Shown: positions 38,396 through 53,082, numbered from the stretch's first letter. The stretch: DNA of 64,000 nt from Octopus sinensis (GCF_006345805.1 NC_043015.1:45942001-46006000), one strand, 5' to 3'. The notes: generated by a model from the sequence alone, not told the origin. Numbers and translations are program-made.

Positions 38396-39944
38396 TTAAA
38401 ACTTATGTAGACCCCCCCTTTTTTTTCGGGTTTTTTTTTTTTCCCCCCTCTCAGTTTTATATGCCATAGTATGGTATATTTAATGGGTGCAATTCTGAAA
38501 TATCAGGCACCCGCATGGCTGTGTGGTTAAAGGAATTTGCTCATGGGTTCAATCCTATTGTGCACCAGTTTGGACAAGCATCTTCTTGGTGGAAGCCTGT
38601 TTGCTTGATTATGTAAATATCATTTCTACTTTTCACATGATGTCAGAGGAATAGAAAATGTCGTGTTTACATTCCTAATGAACACCTCAGCATTCTGTAA
38701 CTCTGCACTCTCTAAATAGTGGAATGCAAAAAGCACTTTGTCAAAGAGATGAGGGTTAGTGACAGGAAAAGCCATCTGTAAAAATACAGCCCCAAATAAG
38801 TAACCAACCAACCAACCTATTCAAGCAGAGAAAAATGGACATATTTTAGCATACTGCAGACTTCAAGAAATATGAAATCTTTTTGATATGAGACTTATAG
38901 TAGATGAAGTTATAAATAATAGCATGTAGAATGTTACAAAAAAATCCCACTGGATTAATTACTCTTGTACTCTCCCAGGGATTTTTTTTTTTTTTTATAC
39001 CTAATATTCTTTTTGCTATCATTTATAGTTTCATCTGACATCATTAAAGCCAATGTCCTTTTATATTCCTTCAAGTGTAATTTTTTTTACACAATTTTGA
39101 GCTGGTTCCTTGTCCCTTGGTTGCTCTTTTTATTATACAATAAGCACTTTTTCGTAAACTTAACTCCAGTATATTACTAGCATTTAAATTTATAGGACTC
39201 AACAATTGTGGGTTCTTTCAGAAATCTTTTATAAGACTGATCTTCAAACCATTTTCTTCCTTATTGCTGAAGAATATACATATCCATTGGATTAAAACAA
39301 CAAAACTGGTAGAACGGTAAACTGAGAAGTGAAGAGGGGGAAATGTTTTATATTCAAAACGAATCCTAAATTTGATGGCCTTTTCAATTGCGCCTGCTCA
39401 TGTCATTCTCTGACCTTCGAGTATAATTAAATCCTACACTTAACGTTAGATGGCCTTCCATATAGTTTTCATTGACTAAATTTCATTGACAAAACATTCG
39501 TCCACCCTTTTACTACAGTAGAAGCTGTATGAGATGGAATCCCGCCACACACACACACACACACACACATAAGAAAAAGCATGATAAACACGAGATATAA
39601 ATATTTTTGCATTTTAGCATTTAGTTATTTGCATCTTGTGTTTATCATGCTTTTCCCCAACATTTGGTCTGTATATTGTAATTGGTAACCCTGCTAAGTA
39701 GCAACTGCAGCACATTGCTGCAAGCAGTGGTTGATAATGCTCTGTGTGGTGCTCTAAACACCACAGTAGCAGTCATACACTTCTGCATGAGTTAGACGGA
39801 ACTCACTGAGTCAGGTTTAAAAATTTTTTTTTTATAGCAGGATATCCTTCCTTTTGCCAGTCCTCACCTGTTTTCATGAAGGATTGGGAGTGAGCAATAC
39901 CAGTTGTAGAGCAAGACGAGGGGGGGAAACACACACATATACAT

Positions 39945-40352
39945 ACTCTCTTTACTCTTTTACTTGTTTCAGTCATTTGACTGCGGCCATGCTGGAGCAC
40001 CACCTTTATTCGAGCAACTCGACCCCGGGACTTATTCTTTTTTTGTAAGCCCAGTACTTATTCTATCGGTCTCTTTTGCCAAACTGCTAAGTAACGGGGA
40101 CATAAACACACCAGCATCGGTTGTCAAGCAATGCTAGGGGGAGAAACACAGACACACAGACACACACACACATATATATATATACACGACGGGCTTCTTT
40201 CAGTTTCCATCTACCAAATCCACTCACAAGGCTTTGGTCGGCCCAAGGCTATAGTAGAAGACACTTGCCCAAGGTGCCACACAGTGGGACTGAACCCGGA
40301 ACCATGCAGTTCGTAAGCAAGCTACTTACCACACAGCCACTCCTGCGCCTAT
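39945..40352 (-). mobile_element. SINE family A, full length
   Basis: Reverse complement of the consensus. Confidence 0.85.
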
Positions 40353-41444
40353 GGGCTTTTTTCAGCTTCTGTCTACCAAATCCAGTCAAGTTTTTAGTTG
40401 GCCTAGGACTATAATAGAAGACACTTTAGCCAAGGTGCCGTGCAGTGGGACTGACCCCAAATCACTTTGCGAAACAAACTTGACTTCACAGCCCATGCCT
40501 ATCATGTGCATGCGTGTGATATATGAAATGCCAGTAGCAGATGTGAACTCACAACCTTGTTGTTTGGTACACCCTGACACGTGTCTGTTTCAACTCACAC
40601 AGTGTATGTGTGTGTGTACACACAATGTAACCAGTATTCTCTTTACTCTTTTACTTGTTTGTCAGTTTGCTCGACTAAAGGTGGTGCTCCAGCATGGCCC
40701 ACAGTCAAATGACTGAAACAAGTAAAAGAAAAAAGAGTAAAAGAGAAATAAGAATTACATTTGACTTCAGTCTTAAAGGGTTAAAAATATACCAACTTTG
40801 AAAAGTTATTTGTATTCTTGGAGTGTCCTTCTAAAATGTTGTTTTGTACACTGTCAGGATAAGATCATTGGGATCATTAGCCCTTTAGCATTTAAACTGG
40901 CCATATCCGGTCAAAATATTCCTGTTTTGGGGTCTTAAAATGGGTAGATCTGGCCTCTTAAACCAACCCTACAATATCGTTCTAAAAATTAAGTTATCTC
41001 TTCAAAAATCTCAAAGCTACCAAATAATGCATGGTTCATTCAAAACAATCTGAATAAATAAGCATTACTTCTGACAGAATGCATATGCGAAAGGGTTGAG
41101 GAATGAGATCCTTAGACACAGTAATGTCCTGATTCCATAACCCCTGCCTCCTCCCCACCTGAACAGAAATCCATTTAGTTGAGTGCATATTTTTCCTACC
41201 TCCACTGTCTTAACCTCCTTTTCTCCACTACATGCACTGCATTATGGGTAATGTCATATTGTTCTTATCTCAACTTCATCTTAGCTTCTTCCCAATCTAA
41301 GATAACAAACTATATTCCTAGAACATCATAACTTGGCAATGCCCTTATATGGTCGTCAATTCACAATTTAATTTTTGTTTTTTTTTTTAAATCCTTTTTG
41401 GAATGGATAGCAGGCTGCTTACAAAAGTGGTTCCTATTAGTTAA

Positions 41445-42090
41445 CCCTTTTGTTACTTTATTTCTAATGAATGCTTTAATTTTTGAAAATATATTTAGTA
41501 AGACAGTTTTTTGTCATTATTAAACCCTTTCATTACTGTATTTATTTTGTGATGTCCTGGGTTTCTTTCAATTAATTTTAAATAAAACAAAGAATTTATT
41601 AACCCTTTCATTACCAACCCGGCTGAAACTGGCTCTGGCTCTTTAGTACAAATGTCTGGTTTTCAAAAGTTCTGAATTAAAATCTTCCACCAAACCTGAG
41701 TCATAATTTACGTCCCTAACTCTAGCTTAATGATAACGATGTTATTTTACTTAATTCTTTGTTATATTTAAAATAATTGGAAGAAATACTGAGCATCTCA
41801 AAATAAATTCAGTAACGAAAGGGTTAAAATAGCTTAGTTATCATTAAGCTAGTGTTTGGAACATAAATTATGACTCAGGTTTGGTGGAAGATTTTAATTC
41901 AAAACTTACGAAACAAGACACTTGTATTACTGAGCCAGAGCCGGTTTCAGCCGGGTTGGTAATGAAAGGGTTAAGCTGGTTCAAGAACATAAATTTTGAC
42001 AGGGAATTTTGAAGGGAGGTTTAATTTAGGTCACACTTTAAAACAAGGATTGCGCTGTGGAACAAGAGGCAGTGTTGGTATCAAAAATGT
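41445..42090. mobile_element. triple-nested piggyBac-type family 1 MITEs
   Basis: Inner 41603-41823 lies inside middle 41525-41970, which lies inside a diverged outer copy; boundaries are at TTAA. Confidence 0.75.
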
Positions 42091-44219
42091 TTGTATGAAT
42101 TTAGTGAAAATGCACATTATCCAGTAATGATGGAGATGGTTATCTTTTTGGCTTTGATCCCTTCCTGCTACTGAAAACACAGTGGTGGGGTACTTATTTA
42201 TTGCCTGCTTCTCTCTCTCCTTCTCTGTTTTTCTCTTTCTCTTTCTGTTTCTTTCTTTCTCTGTCTCTCTCAGATGTGAGCAATACGGATGTTTGAACTA
42301 ATAACCATGTAGACAGACAGGAGTCGAACATCTTGCTCTTCAAATGAAAAATATCTGTCCAAAATGATTGTCTTTAGAGTACAATGGTCTGCTAGTTTTG
42401 CACTAATGGTCAGTTGACATGTCACTTTATGGCGTTGGACATGGGCTTCTCTGTGTAAGCTGGTCCACAAAGACCCTTTATCATGCCACAAGGAGAACAG
42501 GGATAGTAAGCAAAATTTCAATTTAGATCATGCAGAGAACGAGAACATACCTTGAAACAACATCATCATCATCATCGTTTAACATCCGTTCTCCATGCTA
42601 GCATGGGTTGGACGGTTCGACCGGGGATCTGAGAAGCCAGAAGGCTGCACCAGGCTCCAGTCTAATCTGGCAATGTTTCTACAGCTGTATGCCCTTCCTA
42701 ACGCCAACCACTCCGTGAGTGTAGTAATCTTGTCTGATGCAAAAACTTATTTGCTGCTTTGGACTGGTGGATAGATAGATGGATCCGTGAGTCAAAGCTA
42801 ATTATGCAAGGGATTGGGCATGCAAGTCTCCTTCTCCACAGTGCTTTTATTCAAAGAGAAGGTTACTGATTTGGGTTGATACAGTTTGGCACCAGCCTCA
42901 TTGTAGGCCATGGTGTCAGAATGTAAAGAGCTGGAAAAGATAAGTATTTTGCCTGTTCTTTTAACAGTACAGTTCTGCCAATCCACTGCCCTGGCTGGGT
43001 CCCTTTTAAAAAAGAAAAACAAGTTGACATTAGGAAAGGCATCTAGCTACCTGTAGAAACCATGCCAAACCTGACACTGGGGCTCACTTCCTCCCTGTGG
43101 CACGCCAGATCCTGTCAACCCATGTCAGCATGGAAAATGGATATTAAATGATGATCCAAAAAATAAAATAAAAATGAACAGCTCAGGTGACCTTTGTGGG
43201 ATTTCAACCCAGAATGCAGAGAATTGGAGCAAATTCCATAAGGTGCTTATCCTGCACTCCCAGTTCACTGCCTTACTACTTTAACCCTGTAGCATTTAAA
43301 CCGGCCATATCCGGCCCAAAGTATTCTGCCTGTTTTATGTTCAAACTGGCCAGATCTGGTCTCTCACACCAACCCTACAATATCGTTTCAAAAATTAACA
43401 GCTACCTCATCAAAATCTCAAGCTCCAAGATAATGCCTGATTAATTCAAACCAATGTAGATAAAAAAGGATTAATTTTGGCAGAATAATGCGGACACTAA
43501 AGGGTTAAACTGTTTGGGTACTTTATTAGGGGTTATTTTATTTATTGGCCCTTGAATGAGTAAAAAGCAAAGTTGACCTTGGCGCGGTTTCAATTCAGAG
43601 TACATACACCAAGCCAGGACAAACAGAGGTCATTCTATGTATTCCTTTCAAACGAGAAGTAAATTCTTCATATTTTTAGCATTTCCTACATCTGCTTTTG
43701 TCTAGGATCCTTTGACTAGAATTACTTACCAAGCTTACCAAGGTGAATGCAAATTACCATAGTATTTGAAATGTCATGAAAACGAGGATTAAGTGTCAGT
43801 AATATTTGTTTCCCCATTAGAGATAAGAATTCTTTAGTCTTGGAGGATGTTATCGCCTTTCCCCACTCTCTAAAATTACCGTTAAAATTACTCCATAAAT
43901 TCCTTTGGTATCATTTCTAACAATTTAGCCATTTTAAAGCCTGTAAAATATGTTAAATGCTTCTACAAGTAAATCTTTTATTGCGGGAATTTTATTCCAA
44001 AACAAAGTGATAAACCATTTCTTTGCACTCTGTAAATGGGACCAATGGTGGGGTCGACCCCAAACTTGCAGCCCATAACAGCAAAGCTTCTTTACATATT
44101 TTCGTTATCTTCTCTACCTTATAGAGAATACATTCTGATGCATCATTTGTTAAGATCAGGTGCCTTCATATTTTTTCTGCTCACTGGTCTCTAAGTTGTT
44201 GATTACAAGTATGTAAGTC

Positions 44220-44253
<34 letters not shown>

Positions 44254-45001
44254 CCTTTACCTTCGAAACGCAGAGTAGATGAAACAGAGGCGACTGAAGA
44301 AGGGGAATTTTCCTTGTATTGTATGTCCTGTACTCTATTTTTTCGTTGTTTAAAACCATTTCCTTGATTTTGTGTTTGTTTTCGTTTCTCATTGTGTTCG
44401 ACGTTTTTTTTTTTGGTGTCTTGTACTCATATATGCACGTATATACATGTAGATGTAGGTACATACATATATGTATATATGCATATGCTTTATTTATTAA
44501 TTTGTTATATATATGTGTGTGCAGCCTCACTGCATGGCCATATAGATACAGTTGTCAGTGCATTTTGGGTAGTTGAACATTGTGGTTGGTCACTGGGGGG
44601 GGGGTACTTTTTTGCAGCACAAACAGAATTGACTGATTGTTTTCCCTACTGGCATTGTTTGGATGGCTTGACAGGAACTGGCAAGACCAGGGACCACATC
44701 GAGATTCCATAGTCAAACTGTCCAACTTGTGTCACCATGGAAAATTGGATGTTAAACGGATCTACTAGAACAGATAGAGGATAGGTGGAGCTTTTCTCCA
44801 AAATTTTGGTTATCTGAAGTAGTTCCTATTGTGAACTGGTTGGTTGGCCCATACTGTCAGAGTAAGAACCAGTCAATCTTTTGCAGCTGGATGAACTTAA
44901 CTAATTTGTCACCAAATTGCCTGAAATCTCTACAAGGGTCTGGGATATAAAAGCTATCTGTTTTTAGTGTTATTTTTAAATTTAAACTTTCCATAGTTTA
45001 A

Positions 45002-45217
45002 CCCTTTCGTTACCAACCCAGCCAAAACCGGCTCTGTAGTACAAATGTCTTGTTTTCATAAGTTTTGAATTAAAATCTTCCATCAAACCTTAGTCACAAT
45101 TTATGTTCCTAACACTAGCTTAATGATAACTAAGTTATTTTACTAAATTCTTTGTTATATTTAAAATTAATTGAAAGAAACACAGAGCATCTCAAAATGA
45201 ATACAGTAACGAAAGGG
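45002..45217. mobile_element. piggyBac-type MITE family 1
   Basis: TTAA at 44998-45001 and 45218-21, perfect TIR CCCTTTCGTTAC. Confidence 0.88.
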
Positions 45218-46318
45218 TTAAGAAGTTTTGTTTCAAACATCTGGTTTTTTAAATTATTTGTAATTTAGGCAGAATGCTAGCTAGCAATGGGGAGGTGGGG
45301 GTTGGTCAATTACATTGACCCCTGCCACTTGTAATTTATTTTGTCGGTCCTAGAGGAAAAGGTGAAACCGACTTTGGCAGGATTTGAACTCGAGCTTAGA
45401 AATGCTGGAAGGGATTCCTTACCCCCCACCCCAACCTATTTCTTTACTACCCACAAGGGGCTAAACACTTAATAATTTTTATTAGAGGCACAAGGACTGA
45501 AATTTGGGAGGAAGAGGGTTCGTCAATTGTACTTATTTCATTTAGATTACTTTATCGAATGTAATGCTTACCCACCATTGGTTTGAATAAACCTTTTAGT
45601 GTCCAGACGACTGTCAAATGTAATGTTTATTTATTCACATCGTTTTGGATTTATTGTGCATTATCCCTTAGCTTCAAGAGTTAGATGTGATTGTTTACTT
45701 TTAAAATGGCATTGTAGCATAGGTGTGAGAGGTCAGATCTGGTCAGTCTGAACAAAAGCAAGTAAAATATTTTGGGCCAGATCATCGTCGTTTAACGTCC
45801 GCTTTCCATGCTGGCATGGGTTGGCCGGTTTGACTGAGGGCTGGCGGACCAGATGGTTGCACCAAGCTCCAGTCTTGATCTGGCAGAGTTTCTACAGCTG
45901 GATATGGTCCCAAAATATGGGCTGATCGTGCATTATCTTGCAGCTTCAAGATTTCGAAAATGTAATTGTTTAGAATTAGAACATTGTAGGGTAGGCATGA
46001 GAGGCCAAGTCTGAACACAAAAGACAGGATATTGATATGGCTAGGTTTTTTTGGCAGGGGCTTATAATATGGTTCCTTTATGTGATTCCAAATATGCCTC
46101 TTTGTGAGGGTTTCTTTGTGACATTTTTATATAGTTTTATTTGTATTTCTTGTTCTACTCAAATAGTTGCTTAATTGATTTATGCCTTGCACTAAGTCCA
46201 AGTCATAGCTGGCCTGGGGTTATGCAACTTGTTTATCCATTTAAAGTGGCCACCTCCAACCAAAATAATCTGTTATCTTCAAACTAGTTAGATCTGGTCT
46301 CTCACATTTGCCCTAAAA

Positions 46319-46683
46319 TCTATATATATAAACGGCAAAATGTCTGTCTGTGTGTGTGTCCTTTATACAAATCCACAATTTTTCAGTTAGAGAGCTCGCA
46401 CTTTCTATGGTCATTCAAAACCGTCCACGGTGGTCGTGCACATATTTACATTTCCCCAGTCACCCCGCAAAACCATTAAAAAATCAATAGAAGTGACTTT
46501 TTTGTGAATTTTCTATCCAAAACCCAATCAAAATGCCCGAAACTTGATACGCCAATTGAATGCCAGCTAGCTGTATGTGATTGGTCGGAGATTTGGACAG
46601 TACTCGCGTGTATGTGCGCACGCACGCAGCTGTATATGCATGCACTAGCAGTATGACCCAGCGTTGCCAGGTCATAGTGCTAG
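46319..46683 (+). mobile_element. non-autonomous Helitron inserted in a family-2 MITE remnant
   Basis: A|TCTATATATATAAA...hairpin...CTAG|T with no TSD; flanks continue the MITE-2 sequence. Confidence 0.82.
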
Positions 46684-46887
46684 TATTCTATAAATAATCA
46701 GATAATTGAAATCTCAAAGCTACAAAGTAATGCCCGACTAATTCATATCAATGTTAATAAATAAGAATTTCATTTGACAGAAAAAACTGGAAGCTAAAGG
46801 GTTTAACCCTCAAAAGTTTTTGCCGTTCAACCTCATTGCTATATTGTTTTTGTTGCTGGTTTTTAATTGTGCTTTTTAATTTTTCAG

Positions 46888-47004
46888 TTCAATTTTGTCG
46901 GACGAATATTGGGCCCACGAGGGATGACTGCTAAAGAACTCGAACAATACACAGGCTGTAAAATCATGGTACGAGGGAAAGGATCAATGCGGGACAAGGT
47001 AAAG
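46888..47004 (+). CDS. QKI: quaking KH-domain exon ([39 protein letters not shown])
   Basis: ttttcag acceptor, AAG|gtaagt donor, 117 nt, phase 0 to 0. GPRG loop and RGKGSMRD motif intact. Confidence 0.97.
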
Positions 47005-48131
47005 GTAAGTTCTTTAGGGGTCTATTTTTTCTTTGTCCTTACAATTTGGTTCCATTATGATTCCAAATATGGCTTTTAAGAGGAGGTTTCATGTGACATT
47101 TTTATAGGTTTTTTTTTCCCTCCACTTGAATAATTGCTTAATTGATTTATACCATGCACCTAATAGCTGGCTTGGGGTTACGCAACTTGTTTATCCAAAT
47201 GAAAGTGGCTAGTAAACAAATTCTTGCTTTATTTAGCTTATTGATTTTTGAATATGAATTTCCCCACCTCCTGTTCTTTGGGGAATGTCTTTAGATTCAA
47301 TAGCCATTAAATTTTGGCAATTGAACACTGACAAATTTTTGTCAAGAATTTGGTGCTGCCTGAAGTATTTAGATAATTTCAGCTTCTGTGTGTGTGTGCA
47401 CCTGTATATGTGAAAATGTGACTGTGTGGTTATCTGAATTTGTTTTGTAGTATAGTCAGAACCAATCAATTCCTTGTGGCAGAATTTGGTAAGATAGAAA
47501 ACTGCAGGAAGCCTAGAGTGTGTGTGTGTTGCTATTCTGCACTTGTCAACAGCAGTCATGCAGTGATATCGTTAATGTGCTTTGTCACCCTGCGTTTTTG
47601 AAGTCCTCTGGAATATTAAAAACAGGTAAGGAATTGTAGACAGGTATGCGACACAGCAAAATCCGGCTTCAAATAACACCTCATCCAAACAAGTCTAATC
47701 GTGGCATGTGGAACAGACATGAAATATGTATGTATATAAGAGGGGAGTGGCTTTGTTGTTTAGGAGTTTGCTTCCCAACTGTATAATTTTGAGTTCAGTC
47801 CCATTGTCCAATACCCTGGGGAGCAAGTGTGTTTTACTATGGCCCCTGGATGGATTTGATAGATGGAAACTGGAAGAAACTAATTTTGTGTTAGTGTGTA
47901 TATGTTCGTACCTCCTTATCTTGACATCATGCAATTGTTGAAAAATGAATTGTTCCTCTCCAATATTCTGCAGAAACACCTCACATCATGGGATGGGGGG
48001 AAAAATATTACCTTGCTTGGAAACGGGTGAGAGTTGGCATCTGGTTGTAGAAAATCTGCCTAAATAAAAAACTTCATCAGACCCATGCAAGTATAGGAAA
48101 GTGACTTTTAATAAAATAATGATTTTATATA

Positions 48132-48166
<35 letters not shown>

Positions 48167-48365
48167 AGATATTAGTTAAGACGGTTTCATAGAAACATTA
48201 ACTGGGACACATTTGAAATCAGTGCATTTTGGTGAAAATGGTCTTGACTCTTACAGGGTGGGATTGTTTGCTCCCAACAATGTAAATCTTCAAATTTGCA
48301 AATATTTTTACAGCTGGTTGCCCATCGTTGAACTGCTAAACAAGATGGCACCTTTTGCAAATTGA

Positions 48366-48789
48366 TTTTTTTTTTTTATTTTTTAAATTTTTTTATTTAC
48401 TTTAAGGTTCCTGTCATCATCGTTTATCAAAGTCCTGATGTATTGTTTGTATAATAAGTCACCCAGGAACAAGTACTTTGCCTTCAAAAATAACAAATTC
48501 AGTTTTCGTAACCCTTTCATTCTCCTTGGCTGGAGAAGGAGGAGAGGGCAGGGGCTGAAATTACCATTCAACCAGTTTTTTTTTTTTTTATTTTTTAAAT
48601 TTTTTTATTTACTTTAAGGTTCCTGTCATCATCGTTTATCAAAGTCCTGATGTATTGTTTGTATAATAAGTCACCCAGGAACAAGTACTTTGCCTTCAAA
48701 AATAACAAATTCAGTTTTCGTAACCCTTTCATTCTCCTTGGCTGGAGAAGGAGGAGAGGGCAGGGGCTGAAATTACCATTCAACCAGTT
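48366..48789 (+). repeat. identical 212-bp tandem duplication bounded by poly-T
   Basis: Identical ORFs 48383..48571 and 48595..48783, offset 212. Confidence 0.92.
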
Positions 48790-49179
48790 TTTTTTTTTTA
48801 TGTCTATACTGGTTCTGGTTGGTAACTTATTAATTTCAATTATCTGTGCAAACGTTTAGTTCTTTGGCAGTTCCGAGCAAATGTTTTCATAGCTGGGTTT
48901 CTATAGCTATTTTGCTACTTTGAACACCAATTGCTCTTATCAAGAACTGGTTGATACTTTTATCATTTCCACTTCCTGGAAGCGAGTGGATATGACTAAT
49001 AAGGACAATGCTGTGTGTGCTTTTGGGACTGAATGCATTTCACTACTTTGGTTTCTTTCACCCACCTCTTACGAACCAGTTCAAACGTCAACTCAGTCTG
49101 TTGCTGTAATTTTCAATTTCTTCTGAGGTTGGTTAGTTAGTCTCAGTTAATTGTTCTGAAAAATGTTAGACAAATGTTA

Positions 49180-49357
49180 GGTGCAGGAGTGTGGCTGTGT
49201 GGTAAGTAGCTTGTTTACCAACCACATGGTTCCGGATTCCGGGTTCAGTCCCACTGTGTGGCACCTTGGGCAAGTGTCTTCTACTATAGCCTCGGGCCGA
49301 CCAAAGCCTTGTGAGTGGATTTGGTAGACAGAAACTGAAAGAAGCCCGTCGTATATA

Positions 49358-49417
<60 letters not shown>

Positions 49418-49800
49418 CATATACAAAACAAGAAAATGGAGGAATAGATTTTAATCAATCAACTACTAGATAATACCAATTCATATAATTTATTAACTAA
49501 TTATATAGGAACATCCAGATCAAACAGAATAAAACAGTACACATCAATGAGTAAGATAATACCATAAGAATCATATATATATATATATATGTATGTGTGT
49601 GTCTGTGTTTGTCCCCCTAGCATTGCTTGACAACCGATGCTGGTGTGTTTATGTCCCCGTCACTTAGCGGTTCAGCAAAAGAGACCGATAGAATAAGTAC
49701 TGGGCTTTCAAAGAATAAGTCCCGGGAGTCGAGTTGCTCAATTAAAGGCGGTGCTCCAGCATGGCCGCAGTCAAAATGACTGAAACAAGTAAAAAGATAA
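49180..49800 (+). mobile_element. SINE family A with ~150 bp of extra sequence inside its (TA)n linker
   Basis: 5' half 49180-49350 and 3' half 49600-49800. Confidence 0.75.
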
Positions 49801-51355
49801 AAAAAAAATAAGAAAATGTCTGATTATGGGAGACAACAGTAGGATTCTAAACAAATGTTGGGGAAATTTTAGGAAGTGCATCATGACGGTGTAGGTATGA
49901 AGTTCAATTCTCATCCACATGGTTTCAGGTTCAGTCCCCCTGTATGGCACCTTGGGCAAGCCTTCCAACCAACCAAATCCTTGTGAATGGATTTGGTTGA
50001 CAGAAACTGAAAGAAACCTCTCGTGTGTGTGCCTCAGCTTGACGCCCTTTAATAGTTTTGAGTATCATTTTCATACAAGCAGTATCGTTTATTTCCAGTC
50101 TTCCATGAAAACATGTCCAACCAAGAACAAATACTAACTTTTTGGAAGCAGTCAGGGTTGGCAACAGGAAGGGCAATTTGCTCATAGAAAAACCTACCTT
50201 AACGAATTCCAACTAACCCATGCAAGCATGGAAAAATGGACATTGAAACAATATTCCATTAGCTTTTCACAAGGAAATTCTCTCAGTCTATTTACCAGAA
50301 TTGTTGCACTTCATTTTAAGTGCTTCTAATCAGTTGCTTTTTAAGGAAACTAAAAAAATTAATTAAACAAAAACTCAACCTGGGGTGATTTTTGGATGCA
50401 TGTGGCACAGGAATTCACAACAATTTCAGCGTTTGAAATTGAACTGCTTTATTTTTCATTCTTACTTTCTGTTTAACTTTTTCTTAATGTTATTTTACTA
50501 ATTCTAATTACTTAACAATAACCAAGATATATATCTTCTACCCATTGCCTGGAAATACTTTTCCGGAGAAAATGTCTTAGGGCTAGCTAGGAAAGAGGGC
50601 AAGTGTCAGAACTAAACTTGGCTATGGCATTTTGGTTTTTGCAATTGTAAAAACCTTTATATTCTAGCATTAAACAAACAAGAATTAAATATGGTCTGGT
50701 GGGGAATTATAGATTTTAAGGTTTTATTGCTGAAAAATGCAACATAGGAATGAAGTCTAAAGACCCGTTTTTCAGTTGCATCACAATGACGGCATCATTT
50801 TAAGGTGCGAGATTGTTCAATACCAATCTCATGGTTATTGAAATGAGTGCTGAGTTTTTTCTCCAAAGCAAACATAGCTGTTTTTACGTGAGGAAGGATT
50901 TTGTATTGAAAACTCAAATCACCCCCCAACTTGGATTAAATTAAAAACAAAAAGAAAAGGTGGGTTACGTGGTTAATTGTTATGAAAACTGGACTATATT
51001 ATCATATACCCTGTTGTTGTGTGTTCAGTCAGAAGTCTACTAAACAGTCCATTGTTAGACTAGAAACCTTATTTGATATCTGTTTATAAGAAATATTTGA
51101 GTTCAGTGTCTGATCGGCACCATACTTGACAATGTTCATTTAAAAAAAAAGAAAAATTGTGCACGAAACTTCAGTTTCTCTCTCAAAAGAGATTTTTATG
51201 AGGGTTTTCTCTTTCCATCCCCTCCTAAGCTTTGCACCGTTGCCTTCATGTTGTTTTGTACCTAGCCTCAATGTCTCTAGAATATTGCATATGCTTGGAC
51301 TGTACAGCTGCAAAACAAATTCTAGATCACATCTGAAGGGAGGCCATTTGAGCGT

Positions 51356-51543
51356 TACTCTTTTACTTGTTTCAGTCATTTGACTGCGGCCATGCTGGAG
51401 CACCGCCTTTTTATCGAGCAATTTGACCCCGGGACTTATTCTTTTGTAAGCCCAGTACTTATTCTATCAGTCTCTTTTGCTGAACCGATAAGTAACGGGG
51501 ACATAAACACACCAGTTTCGGTTGTCAAGCAATGCTAGGGGGA

Positions 51544-51581
<38 letters not shown>

Positions 51582-51733
51582 CGACAGGATTCTTTCAGTT
51601 TCTGTCTACCAAATCCACTCACAAGGCTTTGGTCGGCCCGAGGCTATAGTACAAGACACTTGCCCCAGGTGCCACGCAGTGGGAGTGAACCCAGAACCAT
51701 GTGGTTGGTAAACAAGCTACTTACCACACAGCA
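51356..51733 (-). mobile_element. SINE family A
   Basis: Reverse complement of the consensus. Confidence 0.85.
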
Positions 51734-52235
51734 ACAATTCACTTGCCAACATGCAATGACCAATAAGCTTGCCGTTCAGATGTTCTGTTTCACTGCCCTG
51801 CCCCCTTATTTCTATTACTTCGTTGCTGTGAACTTAATAGCTGTATGACCCTCTTCCAGTCTCACAGCACATCAGTCCTTGCTCCCTATTACTCCAAATA
51901 TGACTCAGCTGCTCTCTCAGGTTCTGCCCTTGTCTCCCGGTCATTCTCCCTTCAAAGCTGCAAACCTCCAGGATTCTCTTTCCTCCCCATATTTTTCTGT
52001 CTAGGTATGAACCTAGATACTGAAGGTCAAGGGCATTGACTAAGTGACAGATGTCAACCAACTTGCTGCTAAAATGTGGCAATGACCTATTTATTTGACA
52101 AGATGTCAAACTAGCTGCTGAAAGGAAATTGACCTAGTTGACTTATGCCAACTAACTGCTGTTGAGAGTATTTGACTTATTTATTTCACTGTAGAGGTTA
52201 GCCTGCTACTGATATTCCAAGTCATGAACAATACC

Positions 52236-52454
52236 TATTTCTCTACTACCCACAAGGGGCTAAACATAGAGGGGACAAACAAGGACAGACATAGGTATTA
52301 AGTCGATTACATCGACCCCAGTGCGTAACTGGTACTTAATTTATCGACCCCGAAAGGATGAAAGGCAAAGTCGACCTCGGCGGAATTTGAACTCACAACG
52401 TAACGCAGATGAAATACCGCTAAGTATTTCGCCCGGCGTGCAAACGTTTCTACC
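52236..52454 (-). mobile_element. SINE family B with 16-bp TSD
   Basis: AGTCATGAACAATACC at 52220-35 and 52455-70. Confidence 0.85.
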
Positions 52455-52912
52455 AGTCATGAACAATACCACTTCCTAGAAATTTTTTTTAATAATCTTA
52501 ACTATTTGGCTGAGTTGTTGGTGTGGAGTAGATTGTCTTATAACTCTGATCTGAGTTCAAATTTCACTGAGGTCAACTTGGCTTTTCATCCTTTTAAGGA
52601 CTGATTTTTAAAAAGAAAATAAGTTCAGGACAGTGGACTGGCAGAACATGTTAAGTCAGTTGACATAGCTCATGGTATCAGTTCCTGCTCTTTGCATTCT
52701 AAAAGCAATATCTGCTATGAGGCTAGTGGTGCCAAGCTGTATAGGTCCAAGTCCAGCAATCTTTTCTCCTAGATAAAACATTGAAGAGAAATATGCCTGC
52801 ATAACCAATTGCCAGTCAAGAAGTGAGGACAAAAAAAAAAGCCTTCTTTGAGCTTGCACATAAGCTGTGCCAATGCAAGGCCACCCCTGACTAAAGTAGG
52901 CTACATAAATAC

Positions 52913-52968
<56 letters not shown>

Positions 52969-53082
52969 GCCATGAGGACAAAGTGACCCAAATTTGATTA
53001 ATATATCTGAAAAAACAAATACTTTTTTCTTGAGATAGTCATGTGAACGAATATTGTCCGCACTCTGCGTGTGTTTGTGTAC

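Noticed and set aside
47604-47625. Possible 22-nt exon ending ACAG|gtaagg
   Set aside because: Weak AAG acceptor, length not 3n, no homology. At most a poison-exon candidate.
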